A stretch of 64,000 nucleotides of DNA from Trichodelitschia bisporula (taxonomy: Eukaryota): positions 1,675,803 to 1,739,802 of the forward strand of contig ML996687.1 of the NCBI GenBank assembly GCA_010356995.1. The letters run 5' to 3'. A model generated the notes under the pieces. The model did not search any database. It was not told the origin of the DNA and worked only from the letters and a program-made list of their open reading frames with translations. This document shows, piece after piece, positions 12,262 through 25,128 of the stretch (the first letter of the stretch is position 1; every line of letters starts with the position of its first letter). The position numbers and the translations under genes are program-made.

Positions 12262-14033
12262 ATAAAGCCTGCAAAGTGCAGAGCTGAATGGATTTAATCT
12301 GGGGCAGGTGCTTGACCGAAAGGCTCCGGCGGAGCAGACGGAGTCCCGCAATTTGATCTAGCTACGAGATTGCAGTATACAAAAAAAAGTTGTCCCGACA
12401 GAAAACATGCCGATCAGAGCCGTAAATGCTTACAAATGCTTCTCTTTTTAAACACTTGCCAATGACTGCCTCAAGATTCTAGCTCTAGTTTCCTTAACCG
12501 AGCCACATATGTAACGATGTTGAAGATCTGGGAAGAGTTGAACCACCCTTCGGGAAGAAAAGTCAAGCTCACAGAACCTGGCCAATGAATATGACAATCT
12601 TGTACAGACGCTCCCATTCTCACTGCTCTAGGTCGAAAGAGTCGTTGATAAATGGGAGGAAAGACCAATGTTCATAGTCCCGGCTAAAGGGACGAGATTT
12701 GCTAGCAATAGTGAAGGCCACAAGGCTGAGTCACGTGATTGGACAGAACACGATGCGCAGCTTCACAGCTTCACAGCCAACTTGTATTCATATTGCCCTA
12801 ATGTACCACCATGTGTCGTAATAGTTTGGTTATACTTGTAGATTTTGAAGACTAATGCATCAGTATTTCCGCATTTCAAATGGACACGACTCCTTTACAT
12901 GGGGTCAGTCAGGCCTTCGCCGTCTTCCACTCGGACTGGACAGTCACCAGAGAGCGTTGGCATGAAGAATTAAGAGTGACAAATGTTGAGTTTGGCTACG
13001 TGCATATGAAACATGCTAGTTATAACGAAAGCGAAAAGTGTCCTACATCCCACTGTCGAAGATCAAAACGTAAGGCCGCAAGAACTTGGTGGTGATGAGC
13101 GGCAAAGGCGGCAAGGAGTGCTAACACTACCGCGGGTACAATCCAGAAAGGTTTCAATTGGGTGGCCCTTGAAGTGTTCCAAGGCTGGTCTTCGGTCGGG
13201 TCTACGATATCTGATAGGAACCAGACTTCCTCCAGATGGGACTCGAGAGTTGAGGTTTGCTTCAAATCCCGAGCAAAACCCGAATTGAGTTAGAGAACCA
13301 ACTGTCATATTTGCACTCCAATACGTGATGATTGCCCCAAGATAGCCTTTCTTCCTACACAGGACGTTAACAGTGAATTCACACTTAGATTTGCAGTTCA
13401 CCTCACGTGACATAAATGATGTTGGATTGCCCATTTTGGCTTAGCCTTAGTGCAAAACTAGGCTTGTGAACTCGCGCTAAACAGTCAAAGCACTCGAATA
13501 TTGGCCTCATATTTCGAATGAGACTGTGCTGAGCGCAAAATGAAAGGAAGTGCACAAAATGAGACGTTTTCGTGGCTTAGTGGGGCCGTGACGGCGAGGG
13601 GACTCCGATGACGCGAGGAACCACAATACAACGTCTTCGCAGTACACACGACCAGAATCATCAAAAATGTTCCGACGTGCATTCATTTGCTCAATATCAA
13701 AGCTCAGAGCGCGCACGCATTGCGGCAGGTCATGTATGAGTGCGCCGGACATGTTCGCATGCATTGGGCTGACCCACTCCACGTCAGCAGCACATCGGCC
13801 TATGGACAGCCAAGCAACGTCGACCGCACTTTAGCTATTTCGACGAGGTCAGCTGTCTCAATCATACCTACAGCGTCAAGGGCCATGTTGACTGTGCCTG
13901 TGAGTAGGCAATCGGCAGTGAAACTGCATCTGCGTAGATGAAAGAGACTGTCCGGGAACGCTGAACTTGACTGGAAAACCAATCGATCCGGACCGGTACC
14001 ATTTTGCGCATCACACCTGAAGCTCTACGCAAA

Positions 14034-15116
14034 ATGGCAGTCACTGGCGAAGGCGGCGATGATAGTCTTACCCCTCTCCTCTCGCAAACCAAGTTCATCT
14101 GCTGCCACTGCGAGGAAATGCAGTATCTGCGCTCTGGGGCTGAAACGCCGGCTCTCCTACCAATCTGGTGTCGCAAGTGCCTCGAAGCGCCATGCAGCTT
14201 GTGCATTTATATGTCGACCGTGGTAAAGCAGGTCCCAAGCTCTTCCGTCATCCGCCTCCCCTCACCGCCCGAGGTATGGCATGTCTACTTTCGCGTCTGC
14301 TGCGACTGCGGCACGCCGGCACGCATTCATCCCCGCCAACTGCAGCCCATCGAAAAGACACTGCGGATCGGTAACCACCGCAAGTACTCGGTCATCATCC
14401 AGCGCGGCTCGGTCACGGAACCCGAGTTCTATCTCAACTTCCAGCGTGATGTGGTGTGCAGCAAATGCGCGCATAAGTCGTGCATGACGTGCGCCTGCTT
14501 CGAGGGCATGGTTGGGCCGAACCGCTTCTTGACACCGATCCTGAGACTCATTCCCGAGAAGGACGACGTCCCCAAAACAAGCCTGCTGAAGCGACTGACG
14601 CTCATCGCTTCAAAGCGCTTGTCCCGGACCCGGAGTCTGGGAGCCGAGAAGTGTTTAACGAAAACAACGCCTGACCCTATCGTTAAGCCGACTGAAATTG
14701 AGAAGATGGAGAGAGTGAAGAGTGCGCCACCGCCGATTCCTCCCCGCCGCATTCCGAAACGGGCTTCGACGGTGGTGAGCGTACGGCATACGGCAAGAGA
14801 CTCGGGATCTCAAAAGCCACAACTGTTACGTTTGCGGAGAACAAGCAGTTTGAGTGTACACTGTCGGGGTCGAGGACCAGAAGATAATCCGCAGTGGGAG
14901 CTGAGTCTAACGTCCATGGAACGAGCCGAGAGGGAGAAGAGTTGGCAAGCCATCGAGATTGCGCGGGGAGAACTGAACTTAAAGCTTCCAGAGCGCCCTG
15001 CTGTTCGAGCCGCTCCACCGATTCCACCGCGACTGGACAGGAATCGATCAGAGCATTGGAGAGAAAAGCTGTTCTTCTCCGGGGAGAACATTGCGGATAA
15101 GAGAATGTGGATTTGA
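14034..15116 (+). CDS. Cys-rich putative double zinc-ribbon protein, paralogue 3
   Basis: ATG 14034 (AAAATGG context). CCHC..CRKCLEAPCSLC..RVCCDCG..CSKCAHKSCMTC, then a basic tail with two PPIPPR motifs. Confidence 0.8.
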   Translation: MAVTGEGGDDSLTPLLSQTKFICCHCEEMQYLRSGAETPALLPIWCRKCLEAPCSLCIYMSTVVKQVPSSSVIRLPSPPEVWHVYFRVCCDCGTPARIHPRQLQPIEKTLRIGNHRKYSVIIQRGSVTEPEFYLNFQRDVVCSKCAHKSCMTCACFEGMVGPNRFLTPILRLIPEKDDVPKTSLLKRLTLIASKRLSRTRSLGAEKCLTKTTPDPIVKPTEIEKMERVKSAPPPIPPRRIPKRASTVVSVRHTARDSGSQKPQLLRLRRTSSLSVHCRGRGPEDNPQWELSLTSMERAEREKSWQAIEIARGELNLKLPERPAVRAAPPIPPRLDRNRSEHWREKLFFSGENIADKRMWI

Positions 15117-15601
15117 GGCGAGGCAGGGATGCTACTTCTTCCACAGAGAGATCATTCACATTCAGCGGCGAAAGTTCTGTCTTGGGGTCCGTTGCGGAAC
15201 CGGCAAGCGCAGTCCAACCATGGAACGGATTAGATGCGAATTGGAGACGGCAAGTGAAGTAATATGAAAGCTCAGGGCGCAATTAAGGTTGGCGCGTCGC
15301 AAGCCTGGTGTTTCTCCCCGCAGCCAAGGCGATGAGATAAGATGTCGCTAACCCTTTCCGGCAAGCCGCCATGCGTGATGCGTGTTGCCTCGACCAACCG
15401 TCTTTGGTCCGTCTCGACTTCAGCCCAAATCGCCCTCCGAATCCTCCTTTGTATACTACCATCACCTTACATTGACGCCAACAGAATTGGACAACTGTCT
15501 GCGTGTGTACTTCGCATAGTCTCGCCTCTCATGAACGCTTAACCCTTGCCCGCCCCCTGCGTCCAACATCACAGTCGTGACTTGAGAGGCCATCCCTTAT
15601 C

Positions 15602-17486
15602 ATGGGACTTGGTATCCTTGAGGACCACAAGCTCGAGCACGTCCCAGGTACTTGGAGCCATACTCCATGGCTCTCAGTGCATTATTGACACATCCTGACC
15701 AGGTACGGCCTATGTGCTGAATGACGAGAGCCGGCGCGTCGAAGAGGGCCTCACTGCCGACCACAACTTGAAATGCGACAACAGCGGTCCAGTTCCCATA
15801 ATACTTGTCCCGCAGCCGTCGGACGACCCCAATGATCCTCTCGTACGCACCTTTCATCCCGCTTGTATGGGTCCAAAACATACTAACGAGCCAGAACTGG
15901 CCTCTCTGGCGGCGTGATCTCATCCTCTTTGTCCTCTCTCTACAAGCCGTCATCGCTGCGTCCCTCTCGCCTATCCTCGCTGCCGATACACTCAAGCTCG
16001 CCCTTTTCTATAGGCGCACCTTCACCGACGTTGCACTGCTGACAGGATGGCATCTTCTCGGAGTCGGTGTCGCGGGGTTCATATTTGTGCCGTCGTCGCG
16101 TGTATGGGGAAAGCGTCACGCCTTCTTGATTGGCAACATCTTCCTTATCTTCAGCTCTGCGTGGGCCGGTGCCTCAGGACACAACTACAAGAGCATGCTG
16201 GCGGCACGGACGTTCCAAGGCATCGGTCTCGCGCCGTTTGAGTCTCTGGTCAACCCGGTCGTCGGCGACATGTACTTCGTGCACGAGCGCGGCAAACGCA
16301 TGGCGCTGACCAATTTTGCCGTATTTGGGGGCGCGTTCTTGACGCCTGTTGTCGTGGGTAAGATGTCGCATACAATTGGCTGGCCGTGGACTTTCTACCT
16401 GGTTGCCATCTTGTCGGCCGCCATGCTGCCGGCGCTCGTCTTCTTTGTACCTGAGACAGCCTTTCGGCGGGATGAGCGCCTCAATACGGATGTATCGACC
16501 AAAATGGAAGGTCATCGACTGAGTGTACTGAAGGAGACGGCTCAAGAACGTTCTTTCCATGCAGACGACAGGACACCGCGAACGAGCGATGCTCGCACGA
16601 CCGAGAGCGCCCATTTGCCCCGGAAAGCCACATACCGGGAATCACTCAAACCCTTCAATGGTCGCAAGACGGATGAAAACTATTGGAAGCTTCTTTTGAG
16701 GCCGCTTCCACTCTTCTTCCATCCAGGCATCCTCTGGGCCTGCCTCACGCAGGGCACGCTCATTGGCTGGACCGTATTTCTGGGCATCATCCTCTCTGCG
16801 ATCATGCTGGCGCCGCCACTATTCTTTGACGAGGTCTCCACTGGCTATATGTACACGGGCGCGTTTATTGGAGCCGTGGTAGGACTAATCGTCGCCGGCC
16901 TGTCTGCCGACTTCTCGGCGCGCTGGTTGTCGAAGCGGAATCGCGGAGTTTTCGAACCCGAATTCCGCCTGATCTTGATTATCCCGCAGTTAATTCTGGG
17001 ATGCGCCGGCCTCTACGGCTTCGGTATTACAGCGAATAACACCTATAAGTACCACTGGTTCTGGCCAGACTTTTTCTTTGCGCTGGAAGTGGCTGCCATG
17101 GTTATTGGAGCTGTCGCGAGCTCGCTATACGTCGTTGACGCCCACCGTAGGTGTCACCTCCTAGAGCATGTGCATAGTTGACTGGTCGTCAGGGAACATC
17201 GCCATTGAAGGGTTCACTTGCATGATGGTGTTCAAGAACATATTCAGCTTCGGATTGACGTTCCACGGCTACAATTGGCTCGTCCAAGGTGGTATCAACG
17301 GCATTCGTAACGTGTTCACTGCCGTTGGCAGCGTACAAGTTGTTATTTGCCTGCTGACCATTCCGATGTGTAAGCTTGTTGGTGTTCGACAACGACAGTA
17401 GCTGACTTTTCACAGACATATTCGGGAAGCGGAACCGCTCCTTTTTCGCGCGCCATGATATCCTCAAGATCTCGGGGCTGTGGTAG
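15602..17486 (+). CDS. MFS transporter, Hol1-like (DHA1-related)
   Basis: Spliced model with introns 15648-15702, 15843-15894, 17147-17192 and 17370-17415. LVPQPSDDPNDPLNWP motif, SRVWGKR motif A, FVHERGKRM, EPEFRL and ~12 TM segments. Confidence 0.9.
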
Positions 17487-20400
17487 CATTGCGTTTTGCC
17501 CCTTTATGCGATTTAATAGCGGGCGTATGTTGGGGGCATTGATGTTTTCCGCCTTGTATTCCATGAACATACCTAATCAAAGCACCTCGGGAGCCTTCCC
17601 GTTGTTATATGCTTGGACCTCATTATTTTGGCGTACCTATCTTGATCCCGGAGAATTATGTCATCTAACATGGACAGGGAGTCTTGCGCGTCGGTAGCAC
17701 CTACTCCCGCCACCGCCTCGAAAAGCAGGTACCCGAAACCCTGGCACCCGCGCCTCTGCAGTAGATGTCTTGTTTACGGCGGGAGGCACAGCACCTGTGT
17801 AGCTCTCATCAGTATAACCGGGCTCGCAGGCATAACACAGCCTTTATTCCGCACAACGGCAACGCGTGTCAGGCGCCTGGCCGTCTGGCTCGTCCTACCG
17901 CCGCACGCGTTCCCGCTCGTACAACGCGAGGCCGAGATCGAGTGGGGACGCCCCAGATTCCACTGGCAGTGGCGCTATGGACTTCACCTTGACAAGAGGG
18001 ATGCGGATTATCAATCTTCGCTCCCCGTAGATCTCGTCTGCCAGCCAGCGCCTAAGCCCCCCTTCGCCCGCCCCGACGACCGGACTGCCCTCCGCCCCGG
18101 GTTCAGCCAACCCCACACGCTCGGCGCGACTCGCGGATCCTCCCGCCGTCGACCTGTTATTTCTGCAGCGTGCCGGGATACGCTGCCTTCCATTCACGTC
18201 TCTGCGCAGGCGTGGTGATGGGTGTGTACGCACCCTTACCAGCTGGATCTCAGCGGACCGGTGCATATGCACCTCTTTTTGGACCGGCACAGCGCAAATG
18301 TAGCGCGATACTGCAGACCAGCCGATCACCTAGCAGTCGCTGCATAACCTCGTAGAGGCCCAATCCGGCCAGGCCTGTCGTCAGGACCCTAGCCTTCCCA
18401 CATTCTCGCACCCTCGTCGGCCGTCGTGGCCGGAGCCGAAACGCGCCTTCTCCCTCCACCTGAGACACATGTCGGCCACCGCCTGCCGTTGTGACTCGCG
18501 GATCGGACGCCGGTCTTGGCATCGCGTCAAATAGACGCGCGGGTATTGCAAGCGCGGACAGTGGGTTAGTGCGCTATTTTGACGAGTCTGGACTCTGGCG
18601 AAACCTAAGGTCGAATGATATGGGTTTGTGGGTCGAGCTGCTGGCAATGGTCCGGCTTGGGTTACACCTCGTATTTTGCGGAGACAGCGGACCTGGTAGC
18701 GAGCCGGGCCAATATCTGGCCGAGACCATATCAAGAAGCAAGCTACCGTACGAAGCATAATGCTGGCTCCATCGGCGGCTTCCGGACAGATGCTGGGGTC
18801 AACAGCAGTGCTGCCCGGCAAGGCTAGCATGGCGGCGGTGGGGAGTGCATTGCAGGCTTCTTCGCTGGGAGGCCAAGTCGAGCTAAGCATCGCGAGCATT
18901 GGCAGCTTATGGTACCGGTACAGCACGGCGGTCCACAGGCCTCGTGTCTGCAGTGATGATGTACGGCGTTGGGTGCTCTGGGAATGGACGAAGATCGGCT
19001 CAAACCCGGTTCCACACCGTTTCTACGAGCGGAGAGAGGATCGAGGGGGTATCGGCCGCCGGGCTTATCGCTTGCTTCTCGGATCAGCGTGCAAGGTGAC
19101 CAGGCAAACGACTCTTATCGGTCTTGTCTCCGCTTGTTGTTGCGGGCCCAAGGGACCCCTCGAGGCCCGCCCGTCTGCATGACGCGCCGAACGGGTGGTA
19201 AGGCGAGGTTGACACTCGGGACGCGGCATGGTGTCATCGGGCGCCATGCTCTTCAAAAGCAGGTCGACCCGAGATGCACATCTAGTGTCGTGATCGACAA
19301 CGAGATCCAAGACTGGACGAAGCATTGTTAGGGCTCGCGAGGAGATTTTACAGCAGGCGGAGAAAGCACGGGGGCAAATTGTGACTGTGCGGTGGCTATG
19401 CGGACCCGCTTCCGCTGCCCCAAATTGCGGGTTCACGCTCCGGATGCTGCTTTGCGGGGCTCAACGCGAGCTTGTTGCTCTCCCGGTGCCGAAATCGGCT
19501 TTCTAATGGGCGGGCGAGCGGTTGTGAAGGCTCAGGGTCCGGAAGCCCGTCCGTGACCAATACAACATACCAAGCTTCTATCATCGCTCCGGGTAACAAA
19601 CCACGAACGTCCAAAGCACTTATCGGAATATCTCGTCCTCGGATGCACACATGTCAAACCCCCCTCACTCATCCCGCTCTTACCCCTCCCCACACCTACC
19701 CCATCAAGTAGCAGCCCCGCGTTAACGCCTCTTGGCGCACGATCATCCCATCGGCGAATATCATTCGCAAGCTCGGAAAGATGGGATGCGGGGAGCGGGA
19801 AGTACGGTACGAGCAGAGGATTGGCGATCCATCGGCGCTGCCGATGCCCTGGGGATTATCATGACATTCATTTTCTTCTCACTACCTGCTGGTGCACGAG
19901 GTGAAGGTGTGGGGGCGGCCCATTCCACTCGTCCCCATCCCCGATTCCCTGCAGCTTTCGGCCCGACCATTCACGATGGGGAGGGGTGCGCCGATCGCGA
20001 TGCGTGAGCTGCAGCCCCGTACGTCATTTGCTCCGACACACGCGAGCACCAGCGATCTTATGTCATAGATCCCACGCTGAACCCCAGCGCTGGAGCTCGC
20101 GCGAGACAGGTCGCTTTCCTCACGCGATGCAGTACGCGCGCACAGCGCAACTCGTGTTGGTCCTCCGCGGGCGGCACAGCGGGCACACAGGGCCGCGGCG
20201 CGATGTAACCAGCGCACGGGGAACCACGCGCGCTGCTAAAGTGGTAGATTTCTGCGCTGGCTCTCGTCCGACTGTCTTCGCTGCGGTGTAGTCGGGCTAG
20301 AGGCGCAGTGTTTACTATACTAGAACCTCGGTGCGCTGGTGGCGAGGCGGTGGACGGGCGGGGAGGAGGGTTCGCGGTCTTGGCTCGTCGGCCGGTTCCG

Positions 20401-22117
20401 CGTTTACGAAATGCAACTCCTGGTCTGGGGAAAGTGGAGGCGGGCGCGCGGGATGGAAGATAAGATATCAGCAAAGTGATCGGCACGGTGACAAGGCCGA
20501 GGTACCCGAAGCCGGTTGACAGGTTTGAGATCCTATGCGATCCTGGGTCGACGAATTTGCACGCCGCGAGGCCGATAAAGAGATTCGAAGGCACACGAGC
20601 AAATGGCCCGACGGGCCAAGCCTTTCGCACAACGGGCAACGGGCCACGGGAAGGTCCGCGCGTTCCTCGAAGGCGGCCGGGAAGTTGAGCCCCTAGCTCG
20701 AAGTGGCGTACGCCACAATTGGGCCTGGGACTTGGCTCTTGGGTTGGCTTTGGTGGTTGCTGGGCTTGTTGTTTCTTTGCCTTGCTACGGATGTACTGTA
20801 CTGGTCCTGTTTGAATGCAACGACAAGTGTACGGCGGGATTGTTAGTGCGGTTGTCGTGCAGAGAGGGTGCTGCAGCTGGGAGTCAGTGATGCATTGAAG
20901 CGATGCATGTCACGGATGGTTGAGAGGCTGTGTGCAGAGTGCAGACGAGGACCGAGACAGACGACTTCGACAGCTTTCACCGGACAAAGGGAGTGCGTCT
21001 TCGGGCCTCGAAGAACTCCAGAGATGAAGGGTGAAGACTGATAAGGACCCTTTTGTTAGGTCCGCTGACTGGCGCGAAACCCCAGGCGATGCGGCGTCAA
21101 AAATCAAGCATCTCGCGCCGCTCTCGCTTGTAACGGGCCAAACGTCCTCCCCTACGCCCTTGGCTCTCCTTGATCAGGATCAACAAGGTTTCGCATCCGT
21201 CCGAGCTCTCATACATCCGTATACCGTACAGTAAACGCGCAGCTTCGTTCAGCAATCGCTACGGAGTTCGAAAGGCTGAATGGGATTCCACCAGTTGCTG
21301 CCATGGCATTGCCAATGCCGAGTGTACGGATGTATCCTGCGATGTCCAAGCCTTGCCAGCGCTATTACCGTACAGTACGTACCCAGCCACCCTGCAAAGC
21401 AATGAGACCCATGCCAACTGGAGATGCGGAGATTGGCGAAACGAAGACTCGACTCAGTGCTGCAAAGAGGGGTCTCTCCCCATATCCATCCTTTCCTTCC
21501 CCCCTTCCCATTCAGCCATCGTTGGGTGGAAAACTTGACCAACGGAGGGAGGCTTGGAATAGTTTTAGAGCCTCGTGGACGCCTGCAGCAGAAAGAACGT
21601 GAATCTGTACTTATGTTAACGGTCCCCTCGTTGCGCGACACACTCCCTGTTCATATCTCCAAAGTATCATAATTTCTCGCCAACTTCTCGGCTGAGCGGG
21701 CTTCAATCCCACTACCTCCCGCTAGACAACGTCTAATTTACTAAAGCTTTTATTCTATTTGTCTATCCTTATTCCCCCGCCTCGGCCTAGACTACTGTAA
21801 AGGCCAAGCGAAGAGACGAGTCCGCTAGGAGCAGGGTCTCCAGCTTGCGATCTGCGCCAACCGCGCCGACAGTCTTGTCACGACTCCTTCAGCCTTGGGG
21901 GGGGTCGACACCCGGGGGACCCTCGCGTTTTGACTCCTACATTTGAGCACCGCACCCACGCTTCATCAGTGCCGCGTGGCCTACATTACCTCCTCCTCCC
22001 CGCAGACCCGTTTGACCCTCGCCGTCAAACAGACTTCCACACCCTTACTTGTATTCACACGTTTTCTCGCCCACCACGCTCTCGCCCAAACAACCCCCTT
22101 CCACCCGCAATCGACAA

Positions 22118-22147
22118 TTATCCCGCGCAAAGGAGGCGTGCCGATAA
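22118..22147. promoter_or_regulatory. Paired GATA sites upstream of the amino acid permease (AreA/Gln3-type nitrogen control)
   Basis: TTATC (~22118) and GATAA (~22143) lie ~350 bp upstream of the ATG. Short motifs, so weak evidence. Confidence 0.3.
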
Positions 22148-22481
22148 ATCAGCCGCCACCCGCCAACCACGCAAGCCCGCGAGCCGTCTTAAGATTCGGC
22201 AGGCCAACAAACGCGCGGGGTAACGATCGCCCATACGTCACACCGAGTGTGGCACCCTCCCCGGCCCGCGCCCGCGCTTTTTCAACCCATCTTCCCTGCC
22301 GCTGCGCACGCGTGGGTTAATAACCCATCGGCTACACCAAACCAAAGGCGCCTCCCCGCCCGCCCGCTCGTCCCCCCCCCCCCGAGCCCGCACCTCGCCC
22401 ACACCGTCTCCGTCAAACGCGCAACCACCACCACCTACCTTCTAACCCGCGTTTCCTTTCTTTCAGCTTCCGCGCCCCATT

Positions 22482-24352
22482 ATGGCGAGCGAAGAAAAAC
22501 CGGCCGCTGAGACCACGGGCTCCAGCTCCCCGCCGCAGTACGATGTCTTCCAGGAGTCCGGCCCCAAGGCGCCCATGCGTCAACGCTTCATGGACAGCTT
22601 CCGCCGCGATCCCAACATCCATGCGACGCCCAAGGGCGTCATCGGCGCTGATGGAAAAGTCTTCGACGTGGAGAGCGCTGCTGCTGCGACGGCTGAGTCG
22701 CCGCTTGCGCGCAAACTGAAGGGTCGCCATCTGCAGATGATTGCCATTGGCGGTAGTATAGGTAAAGTCGCCTGTGTGCTGCTCGTGCGTGACAATTAGC
22801 TTACCACTCCTTGCAGGAACGGGTCTTTTTGTCGGTTCTGGTAGCGCATTAGCAAATGGTGGTCCGGCGTCTCTGCTCATCGCATTCATGCTCATCGGCA
22901 TTATGCTTTACTGCACCGTCCACGCGCTGGGCGAAATGGCCGTTCTGTTCCCCGTCGCCGGTTCCTTCTCCGCTTACTCAACGCGCTTTTTGGATCCCGC
23001 TTGGGGTTTTGCCATGGGCTGGAAGTACGTTATCCCCCAGCATGTAGCGGGAAGGATTCGCTAATTGATTGCGTAGCTATGCCATGCAGTGGCTCGTGGT
23101 GCTTCCCCTGGAAATTGTGGCTGCTACTTTGACCATTGATTTCTGGAACAAGGGTAGAATCAACAACGACGCTTGGGTGGCCATTTTCCTCGTCCTGATT
23201 GTTGCCATCAATCTTTTCGGCGTCAAGGGCTACGGCGAAGCCGAGTTTGTCTTCTCCATCATCAAGGTTGTTGCCGTCATTGGATTCATCATCCTCGGCA
23301 TCATTCTCAACTGCGGCGGTGGGCCCGAAGGCGGGTACATTGGTGGCCGCTACTGGAAAGATCCCGGCGCCTTCAACCATGGCTTCAAGGGCTTGTGCAG
23401 CGTGTTCGTGACTGCCGCCTTTGCCTTTGCCGGAACGGAGCTGGTCGGCCTCGCAGCGGCAGAGACTGCGAATCCGCGCAAGTCGCTTCCTACTGCCATC
23501 AAGCAGGTCTTCTGGCGCATCACGCTTTTTTACATCGTTTCCCTTACACTGGTCGGTCTCCTGGTGCCGTACACAGAGCCTCGGCTGCTCAATGGCTCGT
23601 CCAGCGCCGACGCGACAGCTTCTCCCTTCGTCATCGCCATTCAAAACGCCGGAATCGGCGGCCTGCCCTCCGTCATGAACGTGGTCATTATGATTGCCGT
23701 GCTCTCGGTCGGTAACTCGTCTGTTTACGGCTCGTCGCGTACGCTCGCCGCGCTCGCCGAGCAGCGCCAGGCGCCACGCATGTTCGCCTACATTGACCGC
23801 AAGGGCCGCCCGCTGGTTGGCATCGCCGTCGCGTCCGTGCTCGGCTTACTCGCTTTCCTCGCTGGCAGCAGCAAGGAGAAGGAGGCGTTCAACTGGATGT
23901 TGGCCATCTCCGGCTTGAGCAGCATCTTCACCTGGGCCAGTATCTGCCTCGCGCACATTCGCTTCCGCAAGGGCTGGCGTGTGCAGGGACACAGTCTCGA
24001 CGAGTTGGCGTTCCGCTCGCAGCCCGGCGTGATCGGGTCATGGGTCGGCTTCATCTTGAACATGCTTGTGCTGGTCGCGCAGTTCTGGACTGGGTTCGCG
24101 CCCATCGGGTACAAGCAGATGACGAGCCAGGAGATTGCGACCAACTTTTTCCAGGTTTACCTCGCGGCCCCCATTGTCATCGTCTCCTACCTGGTGTACA
24201 AGATCATCTATCGCACGCCGTTCGTCCGCAGTCACAACATGGACCTGCACTCTGGCATCCGTGAGCTCAACATCCAGGAGCTGTTGGCGGAGGAGCGGGC
24301 TGAAAAGGCCGCGTGGCCTAAGTGGAAGAGGGCGTACAAGTTTTTCTGTTGA
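22482..24352 (+). CDS. GAP1: General amino acid permease (YAT/APC family)
   Basis: KGRHLQMIAIGGSIGTGLFVGSG, GTELVGLAAAET, SPFVIA, YIDRKGRP and C-terminal FFC. Introns 22762-22816 and 23025-23076. Confidence 0.9.
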
Positions 24353-25128
24353 ATTTTTCGCGATACCAAGTGTGTTTTGTTCCTTTGTCCGTCGATTTGA
24401 CGAAGAAGTAATATAGTTTCTCTCTCTCTCTCTGCGTTTCTTCGCGAAGCATGCGCCATGCGGTGATGTGAAAAGGGAAAAGCGGCGGCTAGATGACTGC
24501 ATTTGTCGGAATTCTGTGTATACTTCGGTGGGTGCATCGGGCCGGCATGTCTCTACGACTGGCAGGAGGGTTAGTGCTGATGAATATCTACGTCTCTCAA
24601 CGGACTTAACTCGTGAAGCTCGCTTGCGTGATGGTATGATGTGTTCGACGTCTCAGATGAAGCAGATGAAGAGGTGAGTGAAGGTACTTGCAAGCTCCGG
24701 AGAACGACGGGAAGGTACACATAAAAGGCCTCATCGACCCTTTTCCTCCTCAAACGGTGGGTGGGTCTCACTTTCATCTTACTCCTCCGTGACGTACTCC
24801 CGCGTGCCCGTCGCAGGGGTCAATCGCCATATCCGCATTTAGCCCGTAAGGCTGAGAGGCTGATATTCACTCTCAATCGGGAACCTCAATCGGGATATCC
24901 AGCGAGCTCATGAGCTTGGCTTCCGCTGAAGCGATATCGGATGGCCCCATTTCGAATCTGCAGCGCCTCACCGCTGAAATGCTTGTCTCAGACCCTCTGG
25001 AGGAATTTATACGGTAGAACTGGAGTGCGGGGAACGCGAAGCTCGGAGCACCCGCCCACCGACGACCCTCACCCTGAGCATAATTCAACCTCTTCCATCC
25101 CCGCTCCAACAACACCTCCCCTCGCAAC

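Noticed and set aside
17658..21672. GC-rich ORFs up to ~190 aa
   Set aside because: Arg/Ala/Pro-rich composition typical of random GC-rich frames, with no motifs.
24848..24864. 17-nt match AAGGCTGAGAGGCTGAT shared with 55741-55757, with a CTGAGA reminiscent of a TPP riboswitch
   Set aside because: One match this long is plausible by chance in 64 kb, the second copy is inside PRP39 coding sequence, and the other TPP aptamer elements are absent.
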